32,000 bases of DNA from the NCBI RefSeq assembly GCF_000400465.1, contig NW_008806290.1:210001-242000 (forward strand). The letters run 5' to 3'. Position 1 is the first letter of the stretch; each line of letters opens with the position of its first letter. This DNA is from Wallemia ichthyophaga EXF-994. Its lineage: Eukaryota; Fungi; Basidiomycota. Shown piece after piece: positions 23,708 to 32,000 of this stretch. Position numbers and translations under genes: made by a program. A model generated the notes under the pieces. That model ran no database searches and had not been told where the DNA came from. It worked only from the letters and a program-made list of their open reading frames with translations.

Positions 23708-25159
23708 ATGTTCAATCCGAGTACGTCTTCCAGTTCAAATAAAAGGGTCTGTTACTTCCATGATAGCGATATTGGCCATTACCACTACGGTCCGAACCAC
23801 CCCATGAAGCCTACTAGAGTAAATATGTGTCATAGCCTTGTTATGAATTATGGACTCTACAATAAAATGGAAATCTACCGCGCTAAACCTGCGACGCGTA
23901 AGGAAATGACTCAGTTCCACACGGATGAGTATGTAGACTTCTTGAATAGAATTTCACCGGACAATATGGATTCCTATGCCAAAGAGCAAGCCAAGTGTGG
24001 GTGTTATCACTGTTTCTTCTTTGCTGTTTTAACACCACTGCCAGTCAACGTAGGCGATGATTGCCCTGTTTTCGATGGTCTGTTCGAGTATTGCTCCATT
24101 TCTGCAGGTGGTTCAATGGAGGGTGCCGCTCGACTCAGCCGCAACAAGACAGATATTGCCATTAACTGGGCTGGTGGTCTCCATCACGCTAAGAAAGCTG
24201 AAGCTTCCGGTTTCTGCTACATCAACGACATTGTTCTCGGGATCCTCGAACTCCTCCGCTACCACGACCGCGTCCTCTACATCGATATCGACATCCATCA
24301 CGGCGATGGAGTCGAAGAGGCATTCTACACCACTGACCGTGTCATGACGGTATCCTTCCACAAATTCGGTGAATATTTTCCAGGTACGGGCGACCTCAAA
24401 GATATAGGTTTGGGGAAGGGAAGGAAATATTCCTTGAACGTGCCTTTGCGAGACGGGATAACGGATAGCAACTACCAGTCGATATTCGAGCCAGTAATCG
24501 AACACGTCATGTCGTGGTACAAGCCGAGTGCCGTGGTGCTCCAAAGCGGCTCCGACAGCTTAAGCGGGGACAAGCTGGGCTGTTTCAACTTGAGCATGCG
24601 CGGGCACGCCAACTGCGTGTCGTTTGTGAAGAAATTTAACCTCCCCCTCCTCCTACTCGGCGGGGGCGGGTACACGATCCGCAACGTCAGTCGCGCGTGG
24701 GCGTACGAGACGGGTATTGCCGTCGGGCAGGAACTCAGCCCTCATCTACCAATCACTGAGTACCACGACTACTTCGCCCCTTCACATACACTCGACGTAC
24801 CCGCTTCCAACATGGAAGACCTCAATACTAAGCAGTACTTGTTTAATTTGAAAGCAGCCATTTTCGAGAACCTCCGCGATATAGACTTTACTCCTAGCGT
24901 TCAACTCCAGCCCGTACCACGTATGCTTCATGACGACGACGACGATCATGTCCTTGAAGACCGCGATGACCCCAACTCTAGACGCCCGCAGAGATTGTGG
25001 GATAGAAACGTGCAGAGGGACGACGAGTTTAGCGACAGCGACGGCGAGGGTGAGGGTGAGAATGCGAGCGGTATTCGTGGTGTGCGTGCCAAACTTAACG
25101 GCGATTCTAACGCCAGACGGAATGAACAGAGCTATGCGAGTACACAGCCGGTTATATGA
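23708..25159 (+). CDS. RPD3: Class I histone deacetylase Rpd3/Clr6, ~467 aa. Exons 23708-23996, 24045-25159
   Basis: [48 protein letters not shown] and GGGGYT catalytic motifs intact. The 48-nt intron 23997-24044 restores [13 protein letters not shown]. Confidence 0.96.
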   Translation: MFNPSTSSSSNKRVCYFHDSDIGHYHYGPNHPMKPTRVNMCHSLVMNYGLYNKMEIYRAKPATRKEMTQFHTDEYVDFLNRISPDNMDSYAKEQAKCGCYHCFFFAVLTPLPVNVGDDCPVFDGLFEYCSISAGGSMEGAARLSRNKTDIAINWAGGLHHAKKAEASGFCYINDIVLGILELLRYHDRVLYIDIDIHHGDGVEEAFYTTDRVMTVSFHKFGEYFPGTGDLKDIGLGKGRKYSLNVPLRDGITDSNYQSIFEPVIEHVMSWYKPSAVVLQSGSDSLSGDKLGCFNLSMRGHANCVSFVKKFNLPLLLLGGGGYTIRNVSRAWAYETGIAVGQELSPHLPITEYHDYFAPSHTLDVPASNMEDLNTKQYLFNLKAAIFENLRDIDFTPSVQLQPVPRMLHDDDDDHVLEDRDDPNSRRPQRLWDRNVQRDDEFSDSDGEGEGENASGIRGVRAKLNGDSNARRNEQSYASTQPVI

Positions 25160-25272
25160 TAAAACATAGCAAACGAAATCTAACAAGGTAAAACTTGATG
25201 TAATATTACATGGACATATAAAACGGCGTATGCGTACTGCTTAATGCTTGCTGCCAACTATAACATGGGTGA

Positions 25273-26011
25273 TCAGCTGGCGTGTAAACCACTCCCACTC
25301 ATACTCGCGCGTAACTGCATCTCTCTCTCGGCCAACTCAGCCAGATGAACCTGCAAGGCCAGTGAGCCGACCTGCAATTCGAGATTACTGCTGACGAGCG
25401 CAGACCAGTTCTTCTCGAGTGCATTGAGTCTATCGCCCAACTTGCCCTGTTCAGTCTTGCGCAATCTGTTGATATCGACAACCCTGTCGCGGGTGTGTTG
25501 CGAGTGAGTCTCCAACATCCGCGCGTCATTGTCGAGGGAATGATTAGAGACTTTCCACGCGTTTGCGCCGAGTGCAGTGAGTAATTCAAGATTGCTTGTT
25601 CGCTGTTGCTGGTATTCGGCGGTAATTGCGGCTGCGTTGAGCGACTGCTTCCATGGCGATTCCGCGGTGCTGCCGTCGCTGCCCTCAACATCCTCGGGCT
25701 CGGCCAGGGCATAACGGGAGCCGTCGAAGGCTGTGAGAGGGCTGCCGTGACCCACCCGCTCCAATTCCTGCGTGAGGAGGTGGCTAGAGGAGAGCGACGT
25801 AGATTCGTGTGGAGAAATATCGCTTGCTGGATTTGTATCGCCACTCCTCATTTCCTCAGCTACAAGACGTGCGGCGGCATCGCGCAGGTCTGGAGGTGGA
25901 TAATGAGCGTGGAGTAGAGCGGGATACCAGCCACCCACGCTGATCGCTATCGATCTCCCTATCGTAGTAAGGCAGGCTGTCTAATTTGTAGTCTGCCTGC
26001 GTCGCTGACAT
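25273..26011 (-). CDS. SPF27: Pre-mRNA splicing factor Spf27/BCAS2 (Prp19 complex), ~229 aa. Exons 26011-25939, 25889-25273
   Basis: LDSLPYYD N-terminus revealed by intron 25938-25890; NLELL..LGANAW and INR.RK..Q motifs. Confidence 0.9.
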
Positions 26012-26038
26012 GGCTGTACCGGTTCAAGGAGCACTTCC
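26012..26038. promoter_or_regulatory. 27-nt spacer between divergent SPF27 and VMA7 start codons
   Basis: Measured directly between the two ATGs; contains palindromic ACCGGT; promoter function is inferred. Confidence 0.6.
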
Positions 26039-26446
26039 ATGGCCACCAAACGCACACTTATTGCAGCTATAGGCGATGACGATACAATAACGGGGCTGCT
26101 GTTGGCCGGCATCGGCAATGTGGACGAGGGGAGCGAGAAGAAGCAATCCAACTTCTACGTCCACGAGCAGCACGCGCAGTTGAGTGTGTTGGAGGACCAT
26201 TTCAGGCAATTCACGCAGGAGAGAGAGGATATAGCCATTCTACTGATAAATCAGCACATCGCTGAGCTTATTCGCCCGCTTGTTGAAAAGTATACGCAGC
26301 CATTCCCTGCGCTGCTTGAGATTCCATCCAAGGAGCATCCCTACGGTGGGGATATATACTACACACAACACCCTCCCTTACACTTACCCACAGACCCAGA
26401 AAAGGATACCATCCTTAAACGCGTGCAGAAATTAGTCGGCGATTAG
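26039..26446 (+). CDS. VMA7: V-ATPase subunit F, 119 aa. Exons 26039-26345, 26394-26446
   Basis: LIAAIGDDDTITGLLLAGIG, DIAILLINQHIA, FPALLEIPSKEHPY|DPEKD.ILKRVQKL. The 48-nt in-frame intron is 26346-26393. Confidence 0.96.
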   Translation: MATKRTLIAAIGDDDTITGLLLAGIGNVDEGSEKKQSNFYVHEQHAQLSVLEDHFRQFTQEREDIAILLINQHIAELIRPLVEKYTQPFPALLEIPSKEHPYGGDIYYTQHPPLHLPTDPEKDTILKRVQKLVGD

Positions 26447-27109
26447 GTAACCCTTAATGCTATCTAATTGGGTATTGCTGATTTCATACTCATAACAGCC
26501 GCGCTCAGATTCTTGATAAGGCTACACAAGCTCAAACATTGTATGATTATAATCAATATATCGCATTTATGGCTCGTGACGTCTGTTTGGAGAAGAGTCC
26601 AAATTTGCTGTCTTGGATGAGTGCAACGTCCATGTGAATTGCGCGTAGTATACTACACTTACTCAATAATATAAAGATTGACAAGACCACTCGCAATGTG
26701 TCTCCTTCATCCTTATCTGCTAATCTAGTGAAAAACACCGAGGAAAATGCACAAGCGAATACGCAGGAGAGAAGCCACAAAAGCGGCCTAAAAAGCGGCA
26801 AAGTTACTCTTAAATGCAGCTTCAGCCAGTGTATCAAAGGGGATGTGAAAATCTTGTTTGGAAACTTGTCTTAGAATGACAACAAGGTGAGCCAAATCAG
26901 TAGATGAGAGAGGAGTGTATATTCTCAGTCAAAATTCCAAGCATTTAGCTAAATCAAATGCACTCAATCATTTATTAGAGATTGTTCTGGAATTAGTCTG
27001 ATAGAGTGAAATAATTAGTCTTGAAAGCTAGCAGCGTGTGCAGAAGCGTTGATGATGAAAGGCTAACCATAATGCCTTAAGCTTCATCGGCATGTTCAGC
27101 GCTATGATA

Positions 27110-27202
27110 TTAGTTTCCCTCGTGAAGACTCCTCTTGTGTTGTAACAATTTCCCACACTGCGTAAAGTGCGTATCAAGCATGTTGCATTTAAAGGGCTTT
27201 TC
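27110..27202 (-). pseudogene. Degenerate C2H2 zinc-finger-like fragment (EKPFKCNMLDTHFTQCGKLLQHKRSLHEGN*)
   Basis: Matches EKP-F-x-C-x2-[C>L]-x3-F-x5-L-x2-H-x4-H except for the second Cys. An in-frame TAA lies just upstream and no clean start was found. Confidence 0.35.
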
Positions 27203-27896
27203 TGCTGGAAGATTGTTATGGGGTTATGGATGTTTGTTAAGCTTGCCAAGCTTTGGCTTTCTGAGATGGAGTGGGGTAGGATTGTTCAACTCGACGTCTG
27301 GCTGCTAACAGTGTAAGCCTGGGCCTGTATTATAAATGACCATTCGAAGCGTCTCTAGGTCGCAATAACTTACTCATTCTGCGCTGTGGTTCCTCCTGGT
27401 CATAAAATTTTGGCCTGGAAGTTGGATTATCGCCCAGTACCTGTTTGAGATGCTCATAACTCGTTGAGCTGCTGGTGTTAATGAATTAATGGGTGTTTGT
27501 ATCTTGGTGAATTGAAATATACAGAGAAGTGGGTGAATACCAAGGCGAAGATACTCCTCCGGATAACAAGTAAATCACATCAAAATTACTCCTAAACTTG
27601 AACTGCTTAGCTCTGTGCCAGCAATTATGTTGAAATTTGTTTCAAGTTCTTATGTTTGTCTGTTCAGCCAGGATTCAAAATTTTCATTCACGCTGCTGAG
27701 AGTGCACCGATATCAAACCAAATCGCTTAGCAAGGAAATCATAGATATACGCTGACCAAAGCATTATGTATGTCAGCCAGCAACAAAGTCAATCGAAATA
27801 ACAAATTCATTTAATATACAATTCCATAACAAGAGCAAGAAGAACGGCGAAAAACCTAAACAGTTGTAGTGTATTATACAATCCAATCTCTATAAC

Positions 27897-28498
27897 TCAT
27901 ATGAGCTGCTCTAGCGTATGCAAATACCCTGCCCGCTGTTTATGCAATCCCTTCTGAAACCGCTTGATAGTGTAATTCTCGATCCGTGAGCGCATAACAT
28001 GCACGCCGATATCCATCCACGAGGAGGTAGATTTGCCGATGTTACTTATAACAGTAGCGTGAGTGTAGTGTTCTGTCTGTGAGTTGTTGTTGCACCCGCT
28101 AAAGCGCGCATCCTCCACCAAGCGCATCAGCTTAACGTGATCGATGTTATACGACTTGCACTCGAGCGTCTCCCCCACGGCATCCACGCGACTCTCCTCC
28201 ACCACCCAGCTCTCTGCCCGCTCGACGAGGTTCTTCGGCAGCCATTTGGGCAGCTGGCCGCGTTTGAGGATGAGGCGTGTGCTGTGCAGCGTGTTGTCGG
28301 GTGCCACTGCCCGCCTGAGCACATCCACACTGACGATATGGCCCGCGAATGGGTTTGGGTAGCGAAGGAAGAAGGCCCTGGCACACAAGTTGAACGGGAA
28401 GCTGCGGGGAGTGAGAGGGCGAACACACCTAAACACTAGAAACACTAGAAACACTAGACACACTCGTAGACGCTGCTTATCGAGAAGCTGTTCACCAT
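27897..28498 (-). CDS. UPS1: PRELI/MSF1-domain mitochondrial lipid-transfer protein (Ups1-like), 179 aa. Exons 28498-28464, 28401-27897
   Basis: Spliced N-terminus MVNSFSISSVYDFPF..CARAFFLRYPNPF..HIVSVDVL.R; RLILKRG.LPKW; ESWVVEES. Intron 28463-28402 (GTGTGT..CAG). Confidence 0.88.
28432..28458. repeat. Perfect 9-nt tandem repeat (AACACTAGA)x3 inside the UPS1 intron
   Basis: Direct reading at 28432-28440, 28441-28449, 28450-28458. Confidence 0.9.
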
Positions 28499-28571
28499 CC
28501 TTCTCCTTCTTGGTTGCGGTCCAAGAGAAGCGAGCGTTGGTTACGTTCCACCAACACATATCACATATCGC

Positions 28572-29829
28572 ATGGCAGACAGCACCCCATCGAGACTGAG
28601 CAACGTCTTCAAGACTTTCATGCCTCCGCCTCGCACTGGTCTCGCAGACTCCAACTACACAGGCGTCGAGCTGCAGTGGAAGATGTTCGTCATCAGGCCT
28701 GCGCTGTTCAAGTGGGATCTGATTGGATTGGCGTTGGTATTGGTCTACATTCTCTGGTCATTTGTTGGTCGCCGCTGGAACAAGCGTATTGCGGATAGCT
28801 GGTGGGTAGCGTAGCGGGACACGTGCACAAACTCACACTTAATCAGGGCCAACCACTGGCGCGCAGTGATCAACAAGCAAGTAGCCGTAGTCAATGTCTT
28901 CAAGCACTCGCCCACCTTGGCCGACGGCCCCACAGATTTCCTGACTTATGCGAGTGGCCGTCGCGGAATGGAGAGGCTGTACACGCACATACACACCCGC
29001 CCCCGCCACGACATCTTCCAGCAACTGTTCAACACGGCCTGGTCACTCGTAGACTTCAACGCCGACTCGGCAGATAACGTCTCCATCACTGCCACACTCA
29101 CACCCGGCGCGGGCGGCCAGGATGTCGGCTTCGTCTATGCCCTCGTGCGTAAGAGCAAAATGACAAATCTGCGCAAGAAACGTTTTGATTTGGGTCTCAC
29201 CAGGACCGTCGATGGGGGTGAGGACTGGACGGATTTCGCTCCGATGGCCGAAGTACACGCGCTGGCTACGTCTTTCGCTAAACCGCACCTCACTGGCTTA
29301 GTGGAGACGGTGCGCGAGAAGGGCGATCTGCTCAATTGGCTCATCATCTCAGACCAGCCCGCTGCGAAACCCACAAAGGGGCCACTCAACCCAGACGAGA
29401 AAGAGAGAGTGATCGAATTGAATTTGAGACTGCCGGAAGATGTCACCGCGCTTACTCCTTATATCATGCTCGTATTTAACCTCATCGACGCCATTCACCT
29501 CCAGAAACTCTCCCTTAATGCTGATGTGAGTTGGTTGGTGTGTTCTAGCATTGCGCTTAATCTAACAACTCCATCAGACTCTCCGCCGCTTACAAAAGAA
29601 TCGCGTCGAGCTAGGCGCTTCTCTCGCTAAGGAATACGCTAAACAACTCGAAGATGAAGAAGAAGAGAGGACTGGCAAGTCGGCAGAAGAGCGCAAACGC
29701 ATTGCCAAGAAAGCCATCGAGGATGCCAAGTATGAGAAAATGTCCAACGAAGATAGACGCAAATATGAAGAAAAAGAGCGCAAAAAGGTGGCTAGGAAGG
29801 CGCAACCCAAGCCAAAAATGAAGCGTTAG
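28572..29829 (+). CDS. DUF1682/CCDC47-like single-pass ER membrane protein, ~386 aa. Exons 28572-28801, 28847-29525, 29578-29829
   Basis: One TM segment (LIGLALVLVYILWSFVG) followed by R..N..IA..W, F..YASGRRG, RPRHD, L..LIISDQP and a K/E/R-rich coiled-coil tail. Introns 28802-28846 and 29526-29577. Confidence 0.75.
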
Positions 29830-29931
29830 CCTGGTCGATAGAGTTGAAAATTTAATAAAAATATACAACAAATGGAATATAACCTGATTTACCAATGAAT
29901 AATCCCATCTTTCACTCATCTCTGCCATGTT

Positions 29932-30870
29932 TCAGTTGTGTTTCGCAAAACTCTCATCCAGCTTGAGTGCATTTATTGTCCTGAGCTTCTCCACCTACCC
30001 AAGGCATTGTGTTAGTGGTGTATGCCTCACAATACACTAACAATCCCCACCAATCTGACGAAATCTGGCTCGCGCACGACTCGAAGAATGGATTCAGTGA
30101 GCAGCTCGTCATTCTCGACGTTAACATTCACATTATCAGCGCCTTCCATCTCCCTAAATGTAGTGCCAGAGTCAACCAAGTTACATCTCCTACGTTTCTG
30201 ACTGGGAGAGGGGGCTGAGAAGCCCGTTTGGGAGTGTCTCAAAGACTGGCTGAGCTGTAATTGCGTCTGTGTTTGTAATTGTGTCGGAGGAGGCATAAAT
30301 GTACTTGACTGGCTGGCTGATGGCACTCCAGACATGCTGTTCAATCTGTTCAAATTTTCCTTTTTCCCATTTTCACATCTGAGCAGAGGAATCGTGTCAT
30401 TGGCAGCGACGCAATCGACTCCAAGTCTTCGAATACGACCTACAAACTCCATAGCCGAGGCGTTTGTCGTGAATGTTATCTGGAATCTGCCATCGGACTT
30501 GTGTGGTGGGGTGTGGGCGTAGGCTATTTGAGCTACTGTAATATACGCCACTTACATGCTTCACCATGACTATATTCTCTTTGAAAATCACCTTGGGCGA
30601 TGCTGTACCTATCTCCACTGTTTCCTGCGACTCGTTTAATGGCGCATTGAGCACACCAAGTTTCGACTTTACCATCGTATCAACGCTACCACTCTCATAC
30701 GTTATGCAAACCGTCAGCCTCCCCTTTTCCCCCTCTCGCCCATCTCTCTCCGCGTGCGAGATCTCCAGCGTTGCGGCCATCGATGGAGAAATGAACGTTG
30801 ACCAGTGTTGCGCGTCTATTTGCGACGATCTGAGATATTTCTTCAGTGGGAAACGCAGCGTAGTCGACAT
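29932..30870 (-). CDS. Rec114-like meiotic recombination protein (N-terminal PH-like domain, S/Q-rich linker, C-terminal helix), ~258 aa. Exons 30870-30673, 30624-30556, 30497-30051, 29994-29932
   Basis: Three introns (GTAAAG 30672-30625, GTAAGT 30555-30498, GTGGGG 30050-29995) give one frame. Segments FPLKKYLRS...W..F, RFQITF......EF...I and L.ESIL..V.EPDFV.LVEK resemble the Rec114 signature motifs as recalled. Confidence 0.62.
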
Positions 30871-30954
30871 GGGTTATGGATGTTGTCAATCAAGACAAGA
30901 AACACACAAGACAAAGAATCTGGAAATCTGCAAAATACATGTAAAATTACACCC

Positions 30955-32000
30955 CTAAAAATCAAAACCCTGTCCTCTGAACTTACTCACTGCCGTTCCC
31001 GGTCTGGCAATGTTGGCTAGATCGTGTCTGTCGATCGCAAAGAGAGCGCGACGTAGAGTCTGCCACAAGCTGTGACTTTCGTTGATGCTGTTGTCATTAG
31101 TCGCCTGCTGCAGTGCAATAGCCCCGAGGAGATGCTCAGTAGCCTCCTTGTAGCAGCCGATATTAAGACAACTGACTCCGAGGTTATGAATTGCACGTGT
31201 AAAAGTGGGGCGCAGTTCCAAAGCCTTCTCATAAGCTTCGATGGCTGATTCGGAATTACCTCCGTTTGCCAACGTAGCACCGAGTCTGTTCCATAGCAGC
31301 CAGTCATCAGGTCGGAGTGAGAGAGCCGTCTTGAAGCAATCCTCAGCCTGGTCGTAGTTGCTCGTAGCATAGCTGAGCACACCAAGCCCAACCTGTACAT
31401 CAGCATCCAGAGTTAATTTGTCAGCACTACTGAACTGCGAGCGAGCGACGTCGAGGAAACAGTCTATCACACGCTGGTGCGTCGCCCATGGCCAAGTACT
31501 ATTTGTCGAAGTGCCCGTATCTGGAGTGAGAGTGTGGGGATATTTCTTACTTAGCCACCTCTCAAGTGTCAGTGTAGCTGCATTGTCATCGCCTTCGTTG
31601 GTGTACGATATCGCCAATGGGATCATCGCTTCGATCTCGTTGGAATCCTCGCGTAGACACCGCTCAAGAGCGCGGATCGCTGCTTCTTCTTTCTCGTCCA
31701 TGGCGTGTGTATAACCAAGCCACAGCCACGCTTTGGCGTTGTGAGGCGTCTGTTGAGCTGCAGCCTCGAACGCTAGCGCTGGCTCACTCAGCGGTCCACC
31801 CTCCCTAAGCAGCCTCTGTCCTTCGGCGAAAGGGTCAGAGGTGTCTAGCAGGTGATTCGCGGTCTCGAACTGGTACTCTTGCTGGGATACAGGAGCACTA
31901 TTGTTCTGCTGCTCAATCAAATCATTTTCTATACTTTCCCGCGTACTATTCATTTCCATGTTAAATTCCCTCTCCCAACCTGCAAGATTCTTATTGAATT
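30955..32000 (-). CDS. PEX5: Peroxisomal PTS1 receptor Pex5, C-terminal TPR domain; 5' end lies beyond the right edge
   Basis: Frame is open past 32000 and includes a WEREF (WxxxF) motif; LAFEAA, DADVQVGLGVL, LWNRLGATLANG..SE.AI.AY..AL.L.P.F.RA..NLGVSC.NIG TPR motifs. Confidence 0.95.
   Translation of the reverse strand, partial: FNKNLAGWEREFNMEMNSTRESIENDLIEQQNNSAPVSQQEYQFETANHLLDTSDPFAEGQRLLREGGPLSEPALAFEAAAQQTPHNAKAWLWLGYTHAMDEKEEAAIRALERCLREDSNEIEAMIPLAISYTNEGDDNAATLTLERWLSKKYPHTLTPDTGTSTNSTWPWATHQRVIDCFLDVARSQFSSADKLTLDADVQVGLGVLSYATSNYDQAEDCFKTALSLRPDDWLLWNRLGATLANGGNSESAIEAYEKALELRPTFTRAIHNLGVSCLNIGCYKEATEHLLGAIALQQATNDNSINESHSLWQTLRRALFAIDRHDLANIARPGTAVSKFRGQGFDF

Noticed and set aside
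26553-26837. 94-aa minus ORF in the VMA7-UPS1 gap
   Set aside because: It is the antisense of the longer interrupted plus-strand frame and has no recognisable features.
27897-28559. Track start of the UPS1 ORF at 28559 with a hydrophobic N-terminal extension
   Set aside because: That extension reads through the intron and its 9-nt repeat; the spliced start at 28498 gives the family-typical N-terminus.
1-32000. Whole window as a functional gene cluster (vacuole/autophagy genes or chromatin genes)
   Set aside because: The functions are too mixed and these categories are common among housekeeping genes; only specific pairs were kept as findings.
1-32000. Prokaryote-style systems (CRISPR array, operon, defence island), tRNA/rRNA genes, transposons
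   Set aside because: The sequence is intron-rich eukaryotic DNA; I found no repeat-spacer array, cloverleaf, rRNA similarity, transposase/RT motif or terminal repeats.

Overview
Eukaryotic (fungal) DNA from an extremely compact, intron-containing genome. The basidiomycete-type proteins, introns of about 45-67 nt and intergenic gaps of often <100 nt suggest a Wallemia-like species (inference, not tested). I reconstructed spliced models by hand for 17 genes, two truncated by the window edges; every complete multi-exon model sums to a multiple of 3. In order: TRA1 (5' part, -), UPF0183/PHAF1-like (+), PROPPIN HSV2/ATG18-like (-), mitochondrial uS11 (+), secreted S8 subtilase (+), a small acidic orphan whose ATG is created by splicing (-), CLC Cl-/H+ exchanger (-), EDE1 (-), a CENP-W-like histone-fold protein (+), NOP14 (-), LEO1 (-), RPD3 (+), SPF27 (-), VMA7 (+), UPS1 (-), CCDC47/DUF1682-like (+), a REC114-like meiotic protein (-) and PEX5 (3' part, -). 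There is also an unexplained ~1.45-kb gap containing a decayed C2H2 zinc-finger signature. I saw no tRNA, rRNA, CRISPR array or transposon, and no clear novel multi-gene system: most genes are housekeeping. The best leads are the cryptic REC114 and CENP-W homologues, divergent gene pairs with only 27-36 nt between start codons, the intron-split start codon, three stop-less in-frame introns, a G-rich 5' splice-site consensus and the PHAF1/PROPPIN pair. All family assignments are from motif recognition by eye, not database searches.
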